DNA of 64,000 nucleotides from an uncultured Bacillota bacterium (GCA_937973635.1 CALJJZ010000017.1:66064-130063), one strand, 5' to 3'. Positions 8,719-19,447 are shown, counted from the stretch's first letter. The notes: a model not told the origin generated them from the letters alone. Translations and numbers: made by a program.

Positions 8719-9261
8719 ATGCTCTGTCAGAAATGTGGTCAAAAGACTGCCTCTGTCCACCTCACCAGGATTATTAACGGCAACAAATCTGAAACTTATA
8801 TCTGTGAAGACTGCGCCCGCGAAAATGGAGAGCTGGATTTTCCCCTGGAAGGCAAGTTCCCTCTGTACCAGTTTTTTTCCAGCATGATGGGCCTGAATGT
8901 GCCGGGCGGCGATGCCGTTGCCCCCGTGCCTGCAACGGATCCGGGCCTCCAGTGTCCCGCCTGTGGCTTGACTTATCCCCAGTTCGGCCAGATCGGACGT
9001 TTTGGCTGCGATCGGTGTTATGAGGCTTTCGGGAGCCATGTGCTGCCCCTTTTCCGCCGTCTGCACGGCAATCAGAAGCATCTGGGCAAAATTCCGGCCC
9101 GGGCCGGAGTCAATATTAAGGCTCGTAAGAAGATTGAACAATTGAAGCTTGAGTTGCAGCAAAAAGTAATGGCAGAGGCTTTTGAAGAAGCGGCGGAGCT
9201 CAGGGATAAAATTCGCGATCTGGAACAAAAACTTACAGCAGGAGGGGAGCCGGATGCCTGA
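8719..9261 (+). CDS. mcsA: McsA (zinc-finger / UVR-domain activator of McsB)
   Basis: Paired CxxC zinc-fingers (CQKCGQK...CEDCA; CPACG...CDRCY) and C-terminal UVR motif; position between ctsR and mcsB. Confidence 0.85.
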   Translation: MLCQKCGQKTASVHLTRIINGNKSETYICEDCARENGELDFPLEGKFPLYQFFSSMMGLNVPGGDAVAPVPATDPGLQCPACGLTYPQFGQIGRFGCDRCYEAFGSHVLPLFRRLHGNQKHLGKIPARAGVNIKARKKIEQLKLELQQKVMAEAFEEAAELRDKIRDLEQKLTAGGEPDA

Positions 9262-10432
9262 AGAAAAAGAAAAAGAGCAGCCCGGCCGGAAAGCACAGGA
9301 GCAAAGGGAGCAGAAAAAAGAAACAGCAGTAGAAGGGGCAGTTCCTCCTCAGGGAAGGGAGATGGACCCCGATGTTTTGGCTGTGGAGGAAAAAAGGCTG
9401 GCAGAGATAAACAGTAAGTGGATGGAAGGGAGCGGCCCCGAAGGGGAGATTGTCATCAGCAGCCGCGTCCGCCTGGCACGGAATATTAAAGGATTGCCTT
9501 TTCCCCCTCTTGCCTCCGATGAGCAGCGGAAAAAAGTTCTGGCTGTTGCCGAAAGGGTCCTGGCGGAGCAAAAGGACTGCTTTGCCGGGATGGAGATGAT
9601 CAAGCTTAACGAAGTGACACCCATATACCGCCAGGTCTTGCTGGAAAAACATCTCATCAGCCCCCTGCAGGCCAGGGAAAACCTGGTCAGCGGCCTGATC
9701 CTCCGGGCGGACGAAGTGATCAGCATTATGGTCAACGAGGAAGACCATTTCCGTATTCAGTGCCTGCTGCCCGGTTTGCAGCTCGACAGGGCCTGGGAAG
9801 AAGCTTCCTGCTATGACGATTACCTGGAAAAGGGCATTGACTATGCTTTTGATGAAGAATTAGGTTATCTTACCGCCTGCCCCACCAATGTGGGGACGGG
9901 CCTGCGTGCCTCTGTAATGCTCTACCTGCCGGCCCTTGTGCTTACGGGGCAGATAAATCATATTCTTGCCGCCATTGGCCAGGTCGGCCTGGTAGTGCGG
10001 GGGATCTATGGCGAAGGTACGGAGATGGTGGGCGGGCTCTGCCAGGTTTCCAACCAGATTACTCTGGGCCAGTCCGAAGAAGAGATCTGGCATAACCTGT
10101 ACAGTGTTACCAGACAGCTCATCAATCAGGAACGAAAAGGGCGGCAGCAGCTGCTCAACGAGCAGCGGGACAAACTGGCGGACAGAGCCGGCCGGGCCTA
10201 CGGTATCCTTAAATACGCCCGTTTGCTCGGTTCCCAGGAAGCGATGCAGCTAATTTCCGATGTCCGCCTGGGCGTGGACCTGGGCCTGCTGCACGATGTG
10301 CCGGTAAGTACCCTGAACAGGCTGCTGGTCTTGACGCGCCCCGGCTGCCTGCAATATTTAAAGGGCCGGCCCCTTAACCCTTACGAGCGGGATCTGGAAC
10401 GGGCCGCACGGATTAAACAATTTTTACCCTAA
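9254..10432 (+). CDS. mcsB: Protein-arginine kinase McsB
   Basis: ISSRVRLARNIKGLPFP and phosphagen-kinase-like core; ATG 9254 overlaps mcsA stop (ATGCCTGA); N-terminal 35 aa KE-rich extension, alternative start ATG 9362. Confidence 0.9.
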   Translation: MPEEKEKEQPGRKAQEQREQKKETAVEGAVPPQGREMDPDVLAVEEKRLAEINSKWMEGSGPEGEIVISSRVRLARNIKGLPFPPLASDEQRKKVLAVAERVLAEQKDCFAGMEMIKLNEVTPIYRQVLLEKHLISPLQARENLVSGLILRADEVISIMVNEEDHFRIQCLLPGLQLDRAWEEASCYDDYLEKGIDYAFDEELGYLTACPTNVGTGLRASVMLYLPALVLTGQINHILAAIGQVGLVVRGIYGEGTEMVGGLCQVSNQITLGQSEEEIWHNLYSVTRQLINQERKGRQQLLNEQRDKLADRAGRAYGILKYARLLGSQEAMQLISDVRLGVDLGLLHDVPVSTLNRLLVLTRPGCLQYLKGRPLNPYERDLERAARIKQFLP

Positions 10433-10477
10433 GGAAAGAAGATTTGTAAGAAACAAAATTTGCGAGGTGATTAAACC

Positions 10478-12925
10478 ATGTTTATGTTCGGCCGTTTTAC
10501 GGAAAGGGCGCAACAGGTACTGGTGTTGGCCCAGGAAGAAGCAAAGAGATTGAACCATAATTTTATCGGGACCGAGCATATCCTCCTCGGCTTGGTGCGG
10601 GAAGGCTCTGGTATCGCTGCCCGTGCCCTGCAGAACCTGGAGATTGACCTTGCCCGGGTGCGCGGCGAGGTGGAGAAGATTATCGGTAAAGGAGATAAAA
10701 CCCTGACCCAGGGTATCAGCTATACGCCCCGGGCCAAGAAAGTCATTGAGCTGGCCATCGAGGAAGGGCAAAATTTTGGCCATAATTATGTGGGCACGGA
10801 GCACTTGCTCCTTGGCCTCCTGCGGGAAGGCGAAGGTATAGCCGCCCAGGTCCTGACCAACCTGGGGGTTGACCTGAAAAAAGTCCGCCGCGAAGTGGTG
10901 CAGCTCCTGGGCGGGGAAGCGCAGATGGGCAGCAGCCCGGGCAGCAAAGCGGCTCCCCAGACTCCCACGGTGGATGCCTTCGGCCGCGACCTGACCAAAC
11001 TTGCCCGGGAGGGCAAACTGGACCCGGTAATTGGCCGGGAACAGGAGATCGAGCGGGTCATCCAGATCTTGAGCCGGCGCACCAAAAATAACCCCTGCCT
11101 CATCGGCGAGCCCGGTGTGGGCAAAACAGCCATTGTGGAGGGCCTGGCCCAGCGCATCACCGAAGGGGATGTCCCCGATATCCTGCTGGATAAGCGCGTG
11201 GTTACGCTGGAGCTGGCGGCGGTGGTTGCCGGCACCAAGTACCGGGGTGAATTTGAGGAGCGGCTGCGCAAGCTCATGCTCGAGCTGCAGCAGGCCGGCA
11301 ATGTGATTATCTTCATCGATGAGCTGCATACGATCATCGGCGCCGGGGCCGCTGAAGGGGCCATCGACGCTTCCAACATTTTAAAGCCTGCCCTGGCCAA
11401 GGGCGAGCTGCAGGCTGTGGGCGCCACCACTCTGGACGAATACCGCAAGCACATTGAACGGGACCCGGCCCTGGAGCGGCGTTTCCAGCCGATCATGGTG
11501 GGAGAGCCCACAAAAGACGAGAGCCTGGAGATTTTGAAAGGACTGCGCGACCGCTATGAAGCCCATCACCGCGTAAAAATTACCGACGAGGCCCTGGAGG
11601 CGGCAGTTAAGCTGGCGGACCGTTATATCCAGGACCGTTTCCTGCCCGATAAAGCCATCGACCTTATTGACGAGGCCGCTTCCCGCGTACGGCTGCGCAA
11701 TTACACGGCGCCGCCCGATTTAAAGGAGATGGAGGATAAACTGGAAAGCATCCGCCAGGAGAAGGACGCGGCGGTGCGCAGCCAGGAATTTGAACGTGCC
11801 GCCCAGCTGCGCGACAAGGAACAGCAGTTCCGCGCCAAGCTCAACGAACTGAAAAAGGAATGGGAGAAGAAAAAGGTCGTCTCCGACCAGGCCCTGGTTA
11901 CGGAAGAAGATATTGCCCATATCGTCTCTGTCTGGACCGGCATCCCTGTGAAGAAGCTGGCGGAGGAAGAATCGGCCCGCCTGCTGCGCATGGAGGAGAT
12001 CCTGCACCAGCGGGTCATCGGGCAGCATGAGGCCGTGCAGGCCGTTGCCCGCGCTATCCGCCGCGGCCGCGCTGGCCTTAAAGACCCCAAACGTCCCATC
12101 GGTTCTTTTATCTTCCTCGGCCCCACCGGGGTGGGCAAGACAGAGCTGGCCCGCAGCTTGGCAGAGGCCCTTTTCGGTGACGAAAATGCCATGATCCGCC
12201 TGGATATGTCCGAATATATGGAGAAGCATACCACGGCACGCCTCATTGGCGCCCCTCCCGGTTATGTCGGTTATGAGGAAGGCGGGCAGCTTACGGAAAA
12301 AGTACGGCGCAAGCCCTACAGCGTTATTCTGATGGACGAGATCGAAAAGGCGCATCACGACGTCTTTAACATTCTGCTGCAGATTCTGGAGGACGGGCGG
12401 CTTACCGACGGTAAGGGCCGGACGGTCAGTTTCCGCAATACGGTGATCATCATGACCTCCAACGTGGGCGCCAACTTCATCCGCAAGCAGCCTGCCATGG
12501 GCTTCCGCACGGCGGAGGGAGAAAAGGATTATGAACAGATGAAAGGGCGGCTGCTGGAGGAGATGAAAAAGACCTTCCGCCCCGAGTTCCTGAACCGTGT
12601 CGATGAGACCATCGTTTTTAAAATGCTGACGGAAGAAGATATCGCCAAAATCGTGGACTTGATGCTGGACGAGTTGACGAAGCGCATCTCCGAATACGGT
12701 CTGCAGCTGGAGGTCACCCCTGCGGCTAAGCAGTTCCTTGCCAGGGAAGGCTTCGACCCCACCTACGGCGCCCGCCCGCTGCGCCGCGTCATCCAGAAAA
12801 GGCTGGAGGACGGCATCTCCGAGGAGATGCTGCGCGGCCGTTTCAGCGCAGGCGATATAATCATCGTAGAGAAAGAAGAGGGCGCCGAGAAGCTGGTCTT
12901 CAACAAAGCAGGGGCAGCAAACTAA
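10478..12925 (+). CDS. clpC: ATP-dependent Clp protease ATP-binding subunit ClpC
   Basis: Two Clp N-repeats, two Walker A motifs ([16 protein letters not shown]), UVR linker; 815 aa. Confidence 0.95.
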   Translation: MFMFGRFTERAQQVLVLAQEEAKRLNHNFIGTEHILLGLVREGSGIAARALQNLEIDLARVRGEVEKIIGKGDKTLTQGISYTPRAKKVIELAIEEGQNFGHNYVGTEHLLLGLLREGEGIAAQVLTNLGVDLKKVRREVVQLLGGEAQMGSSPGSKAAPQTPTVDAFGRDLTKLAREGKLDPVIGREQEIERVIQILSRRTKNNPCLIGEPGVGKTAIVEGLAQRITEGDVPDILLDKRVVTLELAAVVAGTKYRGEFEERLRKLMLELQQAGNVIIFIDELHTIIGAGAAEGAIDASNILKPALAKGELQAVGATTLDEYRKHIERDPALERRFQPIMVGEPTKDESLEILKGLRDRYEAHHRVKITDEALEAAVKLADRYIQDRFLPDKAIDLIDEAASRVRLRNYTAPPDLKEMEDKLESIRQEKDAAVRSQEFERAAQLRDKEQQFRAKLNELKKEWEKKKVVSDQALVTEEDIAHIVSVWTGIPVKKLAEEESARLLRMEEILHQRVIGQHEAVQAVARAIRRGRAGLKDPKRPIGSFIFLGPTGVGKTELARSLAEALFGDENAMIRLDMSEYMEKHTTARLIGAPPGYVGYEEGGQLTEKVRRKPYSVILMDEIEKAHHDVFNILLQILEDGRLTDGKGRTVSFRNTVIIMTSNVGANFIRKQPAMGFRTAEGEKDYEQMKGRLLEEMKKTFRPEFLNRVDETIVFKMLTEEDIAKIVDLMLDELTKRISEYGLQLEVTPAAKQFLAREGFDPTYGARPLRRVIQKRLEDGISEEMLRGRFSAGDIIIVEKEEGAEKLVFNKAGAAN

Positions 12926-12945
12926 AAGCCCGGCAGAGAGAAAAA

Positions 12946-12979
12946 CAATACTCCGCTGTAAAAGGCGGAGTATTGTTTT
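12946..12979 (+). terminator. Rho-independent terminator after clpC
   Basis: CAATACTCCGC-TGTAAAAG-GCGGAGTATTG hairpin followed by TTTT. Confidence 0.7.
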
Positions 12980-13092
12980 AAATCCATACATGCCGGATTG
13001 TTTCTAAAAAAGGTATGCGGTAGAATTATATCGATGGGCTTTAAGTTGCCGGGTTTAATAAAGGCAAACATAAAAAAAGAGGGAAGTATTAT

Positions 13093-13893
13093 ATGCCCTG
13101 TGCATCTACGAAAAACGAGGTTATAAAGCCGCCCCTTAAGTGGGCGGGAGGCAAAAGGTGGCTGGTCAAATATCTTCGACCTCTCTGGGAGCCTTACAGC
13201 AACCGCCGTTTAGTCGAACCGTTTTGCGGCGGGCTTGCCGTTTCCCTGGGCCTTAGGCCCCAAAAGGCTTTGCTAAACGATATCAATGCCCATTTAATGA
13301 ATTTTTTAAAATGGCTGCAGAAAGGTTTGGTTGTAGATATTCCCATGGAAAACAACAGGGAGCTTTACTACCGACATAGGAAACTTTTCAATGACCTCAT
13401 CAAAAACGGAGAGGCTGCTTCGAGCACCGCCGCACAGTTGTTTTATTACCTCAACCGTACTGGCTACAACGGCCTGTGCCGTTTTAACAGCAAAGATGAA
13501 TTTAATGTCCCCTTCGGTCGTTATCAGCGGATCAATTATGGGCGTGATTTCAGCTGTTATAAAGAGATACTCAAAAACTGGGAGCTCAGCACCGGCGATT
13601 TTGCCCGTGTGCCCCTTGCCCCCGGAGACTTTGTTTACGCCGATCCTCCTTATGATGTCGAGTTCACGCAGTACGCCAAAGGCGGATTTACCTGGGAAGA
13701 CCAGGTGCGCCTGGCCGAGTGGCTCTCTCGGCACTCCGGGCCTGTGGTCCTCTCCAACCAGGCTACTGAACGCATCCTTGACTTATATACAGGTTTGGGC
13801 TTTTCTTTAAGTTATCTGTGTGGCCCCCGCCTGATCAACTGCACCGGAAACCGGACTCCTGCGGGGGAAGTAGTGGCGACAAAAGGTTTTTAA
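13093..13893 (+). CDS. DNA adenine methyltransferase, D12 class (Dam-like), solitary
   Basis: LKWAGGKRWL, FCGG (motif I) and DPPY (motif IV) in Dam order; no adjacent restriction gene; GC and codon usage visibly lower than neighbours. Confidence 0.8.
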   Translation: MPCASTKNEVIKPPLKWAGGKRWLVKYLRPLWEPYSNRRLVEPFCGGLAVSLGLRPQKALLNDINAHLMNFLKWLQKGLVVDIPMENNRELYYRHRKLFNDLIKNGEAASSTAAQLFYYLNRTGYNGLCRFNSKDEFNVPFGRYQRINYGRDFSCYKEILKNWELSTGDFARVPLAPGDFVYADPPYDVEFTQYAKGGFTWEDQVRLAEWLSRHSGPVVLSNQATERILDLYTGLGFSLSYLCGPRLINCTGNRTPAGEVVATKGF

Positions 13894-14044
13894 GGAAGGT
13901 TGCCATGTTGCCCGTGGACGCGCCACAGCAGCGGCGCTTAAAAATTGACGGTTAAAAACTGTGAAAAAACAGCCGGCCCGTACGTAGCGGGGAAGCCGGG
14001 CAGACAGAAAAAGGCCGCAAAGGGGCAAAGTATAAAGCCAGGGC

Positions 14045-14074
14045 AAATACTCTGCTGAAAATGCGGAGTATTTT
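14045..14074 (+). terminator. Rho-independent terminator, near-copy of the clpC terminator
   Basis: AAATACTCTGC-TGAAAAT-GCGGAGTATTT hairpin followed by TTTT; 2-3 mismatches versus 12946-12979. Confidence 0.6.
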
Positions 14075-14311
14075 ATTTAAAACAGTTAAATCAAGAAAAT
14101 TCTGGCGCAGGAATAAGGAGAAGCCATCGCGAATTTTTTAAGCGAAGTCGCCGCAGGTGTGTTTGCTGTACTTAAAAGCTTGAAGGGAAGAGGTTTTTAA
14201 AGGGGTAGGAAGTTTTTTTTGTGGAGAGGAATTTTCCTCTTGCAAGGAAAATTACTTGTTGTTATTGTTAAGTTAAGGAGAAGGCTTTATGCTGCAACGG
14301 GAGGAATCGTT

Positions 14312-15085
14312 TTGAAAATTGCGGTGTCGGGGAAAGGTGGGGCCGGCAAGACAACAGTTGCTGCAGGCTTGGTTTATCTCCTGGCGCGGGATGGCTATAC
14401 CGTCTATGCGGTGGATGCGGATCCCGATGCGACTTTAGGTTTGACGTTGGGGTTTCCCCCTGCCGAGCTGGCACGGGTTACTCCTCTCGTGGAGCTGAAA
14501 GAAGTGATCCAGGAGAAGAGCGGGGGTAGCGGTGCCTATTTTAACCTAAACCCTGATGTGGATGATGTTATTGCCGCTTACAGCCTGAGCCGGGGGAATA
14601 TCCGCCTCATGCTCATGGGCGGTGTCAAACAGGGGGGTTCTGCCTGCTATTGCCGGGAGAATTCCTTTCTCAATGCTGTGCTCAATACCCTTCTGGACAA
14701 ACAGGAGGCGGTGGTTTTGGATATGAGCGCCGGCATTGAGCATCTGACACGGGGCACAGCGCAGGGGGTTGATCTTATTATTGTAGTAGCAGAACCAACG
14801 CGGGCTGGAGTAAAAACGGCCGGCCTGGTCTGCAAGCTGGCCCGGGAGCTTGGCATCGCCGGGATCAAGGTCCTGGGCAACAAGATCCGCCGCGAGGAAG
14901 AAAAGGAATTTATCCGCCGCCACCTGCCCGGGGAAACCATTGCCGGCTTCCTACCTTACGCAGATAAAGTCTGGGAGCGTTCCATGGAAGAGCAACTGAC
15001 AGGTTTTGGCGCTGGTGACCTGCCAGCCGGCTTGGAGGAAGTTTATGTCCATATTTTAAGGGAGGAGATGAAAGGGAAAAAGTAA
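14312..15085 (+). CDS. cooC: CODH nickel-insertion accessory ATPase CooC (AcsF-like, MinD/ParA family)
   Basis: Deviant Walker A GKGGAGKTT; immediately upstream of cooS; TTG 14312 after GGGAGGAA RBS (ORF track start 14219). Confidence 0.85.
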   Translation: MKIAVSGKGGAGKTTVAAGLVYLLARDGYTVYAVDADPDATLGLTLGFPPAELARVTPLVELKEVIQEKSGGSGAYFNLNPDVDDVIAAYSLSRGNIRLMLMGGVKQGGSACYCRENSFLNAVLNTLLDKQEAVVLDMSAGIEHLTRGTAQGVDLIIVVAEPTRAGVKTAGLVCKLARELGIAGIKVLGNKIRREEEKEFIRRHLPGETIAGFLPYADKVWERSMEEQLTGFGAGDLPAGLEEVYVHILREEMKGKK

Positions 15086-15143
15086 AAGCACCACCTGAAC
15101 TTGACCGTACCCATGTTTATACTAAAGGAGGCTAGGAAAAAAT

Positions 15144-17108
15144 ATGGCAGAAAAGAAGAAAGATCGCAACCGTACCATTGACCCCGCCGCCCTGGAAGTT
15201 TTGGCCAAAACTGAGGGCAGCGGAATAGAGTCGTGTTACGACCGTTACCTGAACATGCAGCCCCAGTGCCAGTACGGTAACACAGGGATCTGCTGCACTA
15301 TCTGTATCCAGGGGCCCTGCCGCATTACCAAAAAAGCGTCTAAGGGGATCTGCGGTGCCACCTCCTACACCATCGTGGCCCGTAACCTGATCCGCCATGT
15401 ATTAGGGGGTACTGCCGCCCACTCGGACCACGGCCTGCACACCACCCTGGTGCTCAAAGAGATCGCGGAGGGCCATGAGGGTGACTACAGCATCACCGAC
15501 AGCGACAAGCTGAAGCGGGTGGCCCAGCGCATGGATATTCCCACCGAAGGCCGCACCGACCGGGAAATCTTAAAAGACCTGGTGGACCTGGCCCTGCAGG
15601 AGTTCAGCCGTATTGACGGCACGTACAGCAAGTGGATCGAAAAAACAGTGGTGCCCCAACGTGTGGAGAAGTTCTTGGATTGCAATATCATGCCCTACAG
15701 TATCCACCGCACCGTTTCCGAATCCATGGCCCAGACCCACATGGGCATGGACGCCGACCCCGTCAACCTGGTCTTCCAGGCCCTGAAAGCAGCTCTCTGT
15801 GATTACATGGGCATGCATATCGCCACCGACCTTTCTGATATCCTCTTCGGCACCCCTACTCCTGTGGTGACGGAGGCCAACATGGGCGTCCTGGAAGAGA
15901 ATATGGTCAATATCGCCCTGCACGGCCATAACCCTGTCTTAAGCGAGATGGTGGTAAAAGCGGCCCGGGCCATGACCGACGAAGCCAAAGCAGCCGGTGC
16001 TGAAGGCATCAAGTGCATGGGTATCTGCTGCACCGGCAACGAGGTGCTCATGCGCCAGGGCGTGCCTCCCCTCACCAACTTCCTCTCCCAGGAGCTGGCG
16101 ATTATGACCGGCGCCGTCGATGCCATGGTCGTGGACGTGCAGTGCATCATGCCCGGTATTCAGGCCACGGCCGAGTGCTTCCATACCAAGATCATCACCA
16201 CCATGACCAACGCCAAGATCCCCGGTTCCTATTACATTGATTTTGACGAAGCCCACGCCTTTGAAAAAGCCCAGGAGATCGTGCGCGTAGCCATTGCTGC
16301 CTTTAAGGAGCGGGATAAGAGCAGAGTAAAAATACCCAAGATTAAGAATAAAGTGGTGGCTGGTTTCAGCCTGGAGGTCTTGACCGACCTTTTAAGCTCC
16401 ATCAATCCTGATGAGCCCATCAAAGTAGTTACCGATGCTGTTGACTCAGGAGAACTGGCCGGCGTGGCCCTCTTTGCTGGCTGCAACAACCTCAAGGTCA
16501 TGCACGATGAGAGCCACTTCGTTATCGCCACCGAACTGGCCAAGAATAATGTGCTGCTGGTATCCACCGGCTGCGCCGCCGGTACCTTCGCCAAGCTGGG
16601 CCTGCTCAACAGTGATGCCGTGGAGAAGTACGCCGGTGACGGCCTCAAGGCCTTCTTGAACCGCCTGAACGAAGCCAACAAAGACAAAATGCAGGAGAAA
16701 ATGCCCCTTATCTTCCACATGGGTTCCTGCGTGGACAACACTCGCTGCTACGACTTCACCAACGCCCTGGCCAAGCAGTGGAACGTAGACGTGCCCAAGG
16801 TCCCCTTCGTAGCCAGCGCCCCGGAAGCCATGAGCGAGAAAGCTGTCTCTATCGGCAGCTGGTGCGTCACCCTGGGCATACCCGTGCATGTGGGAGTTGT
16901 GCCCCCCATTCCCGGCAGCCCTCTGGTGGATGGCATTGCCCTGCAGATCGCCCATGACGTTTACGGCGGTTACTTCATGTGGGAAGAAGATCCCCATGAG
17001 GCGGCCAAGAAACTGCTGGCTGCCCTGAATGAGCGGACCTGGAAGCTGCGGGTGCACCGCATGGCCCAGCAGAAATACGAAACGGAGACTATCTCCACTA
17101 CCTGGTAA
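15144..17108 (+). CDS. acsA: Anaerobic carbon-monoxide dehydrogenase catalytic subunit (CooS/AcsA)
   Basis: N-terminal B/D-cluster cysteines (CQYGNTGICCTICIQGPCRI), 654 aa; diagnostic C-cluster histidine/cysteine pattern. Confidence 0.95.
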   Translation: MAEKKKDRNRTIDPAALEVLAKTEGSGIESCYDRYLNMQPQCQYGNTGICCTICIQGPCRITKKASKGICGATSYTIVARNLIRHVLGGTAAHSDHGLHTTLVLKEIAEGHEGDYSITDSDKLKRVAQRMDIPTEGRTDREILKDLVDLALQEFSRIDGTYSKWIEKTVVPQRVEKFLDCNIMPYSIHRTVSESMAQTHMGMDADPVNLVFQALKAALCDYMGMHIATDLSDILFGTPTPVVTEANMGVLEENMVNIALHGHNPVLSEMVVKAARAMTDEAKAAGAEGIKCMGICCTGNEVLMRQGVPPLTNFLSQELAIMTGAVDAMVVDVQCIMPGIQATAECFHTKIITTMTNAKIPGSYYIDFDEAHAFEKAQEIVRVAIAAFKERDKSRVKIPKIKNKVVAGFSLEVLTDLLSSINPDEPIKVVTDAVDSGELAGVALFAGCNNLKVMHDESHFVIATELAKNNVLLVSTGCAAGTFAKLGLLNSDAVEKYAGDGLKAFLNRLNEANKDKMQEKMPLIFHMGSCVDNTRCYDFTNALAKQWNVDVPKVPFVASAPEAMSEKAVSIGSWCVTLGIPVHVGVVPPIPGSPLVDGIALQIAHDVYGGYFMWEEDPHEAAKKLLAALNERTWKLRVHRMAQQKYETETISTTW

Positions 17109-17145
17109 GGCTTTTATTCCGCTTTAAAAAAGGAGGCAAGAGCGA

Positions 17146-19359
17146 ATGACAGAAACGGGTGTAAGAAGCAAAGAATGGGAAAAGTCCTTTGAAGAGATAT
17201 ATGAAGGCGCAGTTGACGAATCAAATCCGCCGCTGGCGTTATTCCAGAAGGCTTATGACGGGGCGATCATCGCCACCAGCTATGCGGAGATCCTGCTCAG
17301 CCAGGCCATCCGCCGCTATGGCCCTGACCACCCGGTAGGTTATCCCGATACGGGGTACTACCTTCCCGTAATTATGAACCTCAGCGGGGAGAAGGTTACC
17401 AAACTGGGAGAACTGGTGCCTATCCTGAACCGTATGCGCAACCAGATCAAAGAAGAGTTGAACTTCTATAACGCGCGCCTTTGCGGCGAGTCTACCGCCT
17501 ATGCCGCAGAGATTATCGAAGCCCTGCGTTACCTTAAAGGGGAAAAGCTGCACGTAGACCCCTGGACCGGCTTCCTCGGTGACCCTGTGGTGCGCCGCTA
17601 TGGCATTCTCCTTGTGGACTGGACCATCCCCGGCCAGGCCGTGATCGTGGGTAAAGCCAAATCTACAGAGGCTCTGGCTAAGATCGTGAGCGATCTGCAG
17701 AACAAAGGCTTTATGATCTTCATGGCCTACGAAGTGGTGGATCAGGCCATCGAGGCCGGCCTCAAGCTGGGTATTGACTTTATTACCTTTACCCTGGGCA
17801 ACTTTACCCAGGTCATCCACGCTGTAAACTACGCCCTGCGCGCCGGCCTTGCTTTCGGCGGGATTGCCCCTGGCCTGCGGGAAGAGCAGCGTGACTACCA
17901 GCGCCGCCGTGTCCGGGCCTTTGTGCTCCACTTCGGCGAGCGCGACGAAGTGCAGGTTGCCGCTCACTTTGCGGCCATCTTCCTCGGCTTCCCCGTCCTG
18001 GTGGCTGAGGAGCTGCCTGCCGATGAGCAGATTCCCAACTGGTACATCTCCCATCCCGACTATGATACCCTGGTCCAGGTGGCCCTGGAGGTGCGGGGTA
18101 TCAAGCTGAAGATCCTGGATATCCCCGTGCCTTTTGCCGTGGCTCCTGCCTTTGAAGGGGAGGCCATCCGCAAGAAGGATATGTACTTGGAGTTCGGCGG
18201 CGGTCGCACACCCTCCTTTGAGCTGGTGAAGATGGTGGGGGAAAACGAAATTGAAGACGGTAAAGTGGAAGTCATTGGCCCTGATGTTGACCAGATCGAG
18301 CCGGGCTCGGCCATCAGCGGCGGCATCTACGTCAAGATCTACGGCCGCAAGATGCAAGAAGACTTTGAAGGGGTACTGGAGCGCCGCATCCACGACTTCG
18401 TCAACTACGGCGAGGGCCTCTGGCATACGGGGCAGCGCAATACCTGCTGGTACCGCGTGAGCAACGACTGTGTGGCCAAAGGGTTTAGATTCCGCCACTA
18501 CGGCGACCTGCTTATCGCCAAGTTTAAGGACGACTTTCCTGCCATTGTAGACCGGGTCCAGGTGACCATCTACACCGATCCCAAACTGGTGGAAGAGAAG
18601 CTGGAAGAAGCCCGTGAGGTCTACGCCCGCCGAGACGCTCGCCTCGCCGGCCTCACCGACGAGTCGGTGGAAGTCTTCTACTCCTGCACCCTCTGCCAGT
18701 CCTTTGCCCCTAACCACGTCTGCGTGGTTACCCCCGAGCGGCTAGGCCTTTGTGGTGCGGTGAGCTGGCTGGACGGCAAGGCCTCCAACGAGATTGATCC
18801 CACCGGCCCCAACCAGCCGATTAAGAAGGAAGGGGTAATCGACGAGGGAAAAGGGATCTGGACATCGGTCAATGAGTTTGTCTATAACAATACCAACCGC
18901 AACATCGAGGAGTGCTCCATGTATTCCTTCATTGACCGCCCCATGACCTCTTGCGGCTGTTTCGAGTGCATTATGGCCATTGTCCCCGAGGCCAACGGCG
19001 TCATGATCACTACGCGGGAGCATGGCGGCATGACACCCTGCGGCATGAACTTCTCCACCCTGGCTGGCACCGTGGGCGGTGGGATCCAGACGCCTGGCTT
19101 CATGGGACACGGCCGTGCCTTTATCCTGAGCAAGAAGTTCATCAAGGCCGACGGCGGCCTGGCCCGCCTGGTCTGGATGCCTAAGGAGCTAAAGGACTGG
19201 CTCGGCGACGACCTGCGCAAATCCGCCGAAGCCCAAGGCCTGGGCGCCGATTTTGTAGACAAGATCGCCGACGAGACGGTGGGTACCTCCACCGAGGAGA
19301 TCCTTCCTTTTCTTGAAGAAAAAGGGCACCCGGCCCTGACCATGGAACCGCTGATGTAA
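17146..19359 (+). CDS. acsB: CO-methylating acetyl-CoA synthase (AcsB / ACS alpha)
   Basis: 737 aa; A-cluster Cys-Gly-Cys motif SCGCFEC plus upstream bridging Cys; adjacent to CODH and corrinoid protein genes. Confidence 0.9.
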   Translation: MTETGVRSKEWEKSFEEIYEGAVDESNPPLALFQKAYDGAIIATSYAEILLSQAIRRYGPDHPVGYPDTGYYLPVIMNLSGEKVTKLGELVPILNRMRNQIKEELNFYNARLCGESTAYAAEIIEALRYLKGEKLHVDPWTGFLGDPVVRRYGILLVDWTIPGQAVIVGKAKSTEALAKIVSDLQNKGFMIFMAYEVVDQAIEAGLKLGIDFITFTLGNFTQVIHAVNYALRAGLAFGGIAPGLREEQRDYQRRRVRAFVLHFGERDEVQVAAHFAAIFLGFPVLVAEELPADEQIPNWYISHPDYDTLVQVALEVRGIKLKILDIPVPFAVAPAFEGEAIRKKDMYLEFGGGRTPSFELVKMVGENEIEDGKVEVIGPDVDQIEPGSAISGGIYVKIYGRKMQEDFEGVLERRIHDFVNYGEGLWHTGQRNTCWYRVSNDCVAKGFRFRHYGDLLIAKFKDDFPAIVDRVQVTIYTDPKLVEEKLEEAREVYARRDARLAGLTDESVEVFYSCTLCQSFAPNHVCVVTPERLGLCGAVSWLDGKASNEIDPTGPNQPIKKEGVIDEGKGIWTSVNEFVYNNTNRNIEECSMYSFIDRPMTSCGCFECIMAIVPEANGVMITTREHGGMTPCGMNFSTLAGTVGGGIQTPGFMGHGRAFILSKKFIKADGGLARLVWMPKELKDWLGDDLRKSAEAQGLGADFVDKIADETVGTSTEEILPFLEEKGHPALTMEPLM

Positions 19360-19447
19360 TTACGGTAAAACTGTCCCGGGAAGCTGAGCTCAGGCAATGA
19401 GGCCCCGGGGCAATTTGTGATTATAAATATAGAAAGGAGTAGGAACA

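Noticed and set aside
13894-14044. 16-codon ORF (MLPVDAPQQRRLKIDG) with AAGGAAGG RBS downstream of the methyltransferase, considered as a partner or leader peptide
   Set aside because: It is too short and unsupported. It is more likely chance in the cassette's 3' flank.
17239-18717. 492-aa ORF on the minus strand antisense to acsB; similar long antisense ORFs at 11720-12991 (vs clpC), 39026-40012 (vs cysS), 29144-30286 (vs pyrC), 23500-24555 (vs metF), 21872-23164 (vs acsE/metV), 10424-11329 and 44597-45265
   Set aside because: These are typical spurious antisense reading frames of a high-GC genome. They are fully embedded in strongly supported genes with clear motifs, lack RBSs and have compositionally odd (Arg/Pro/Gly-rich) translations.
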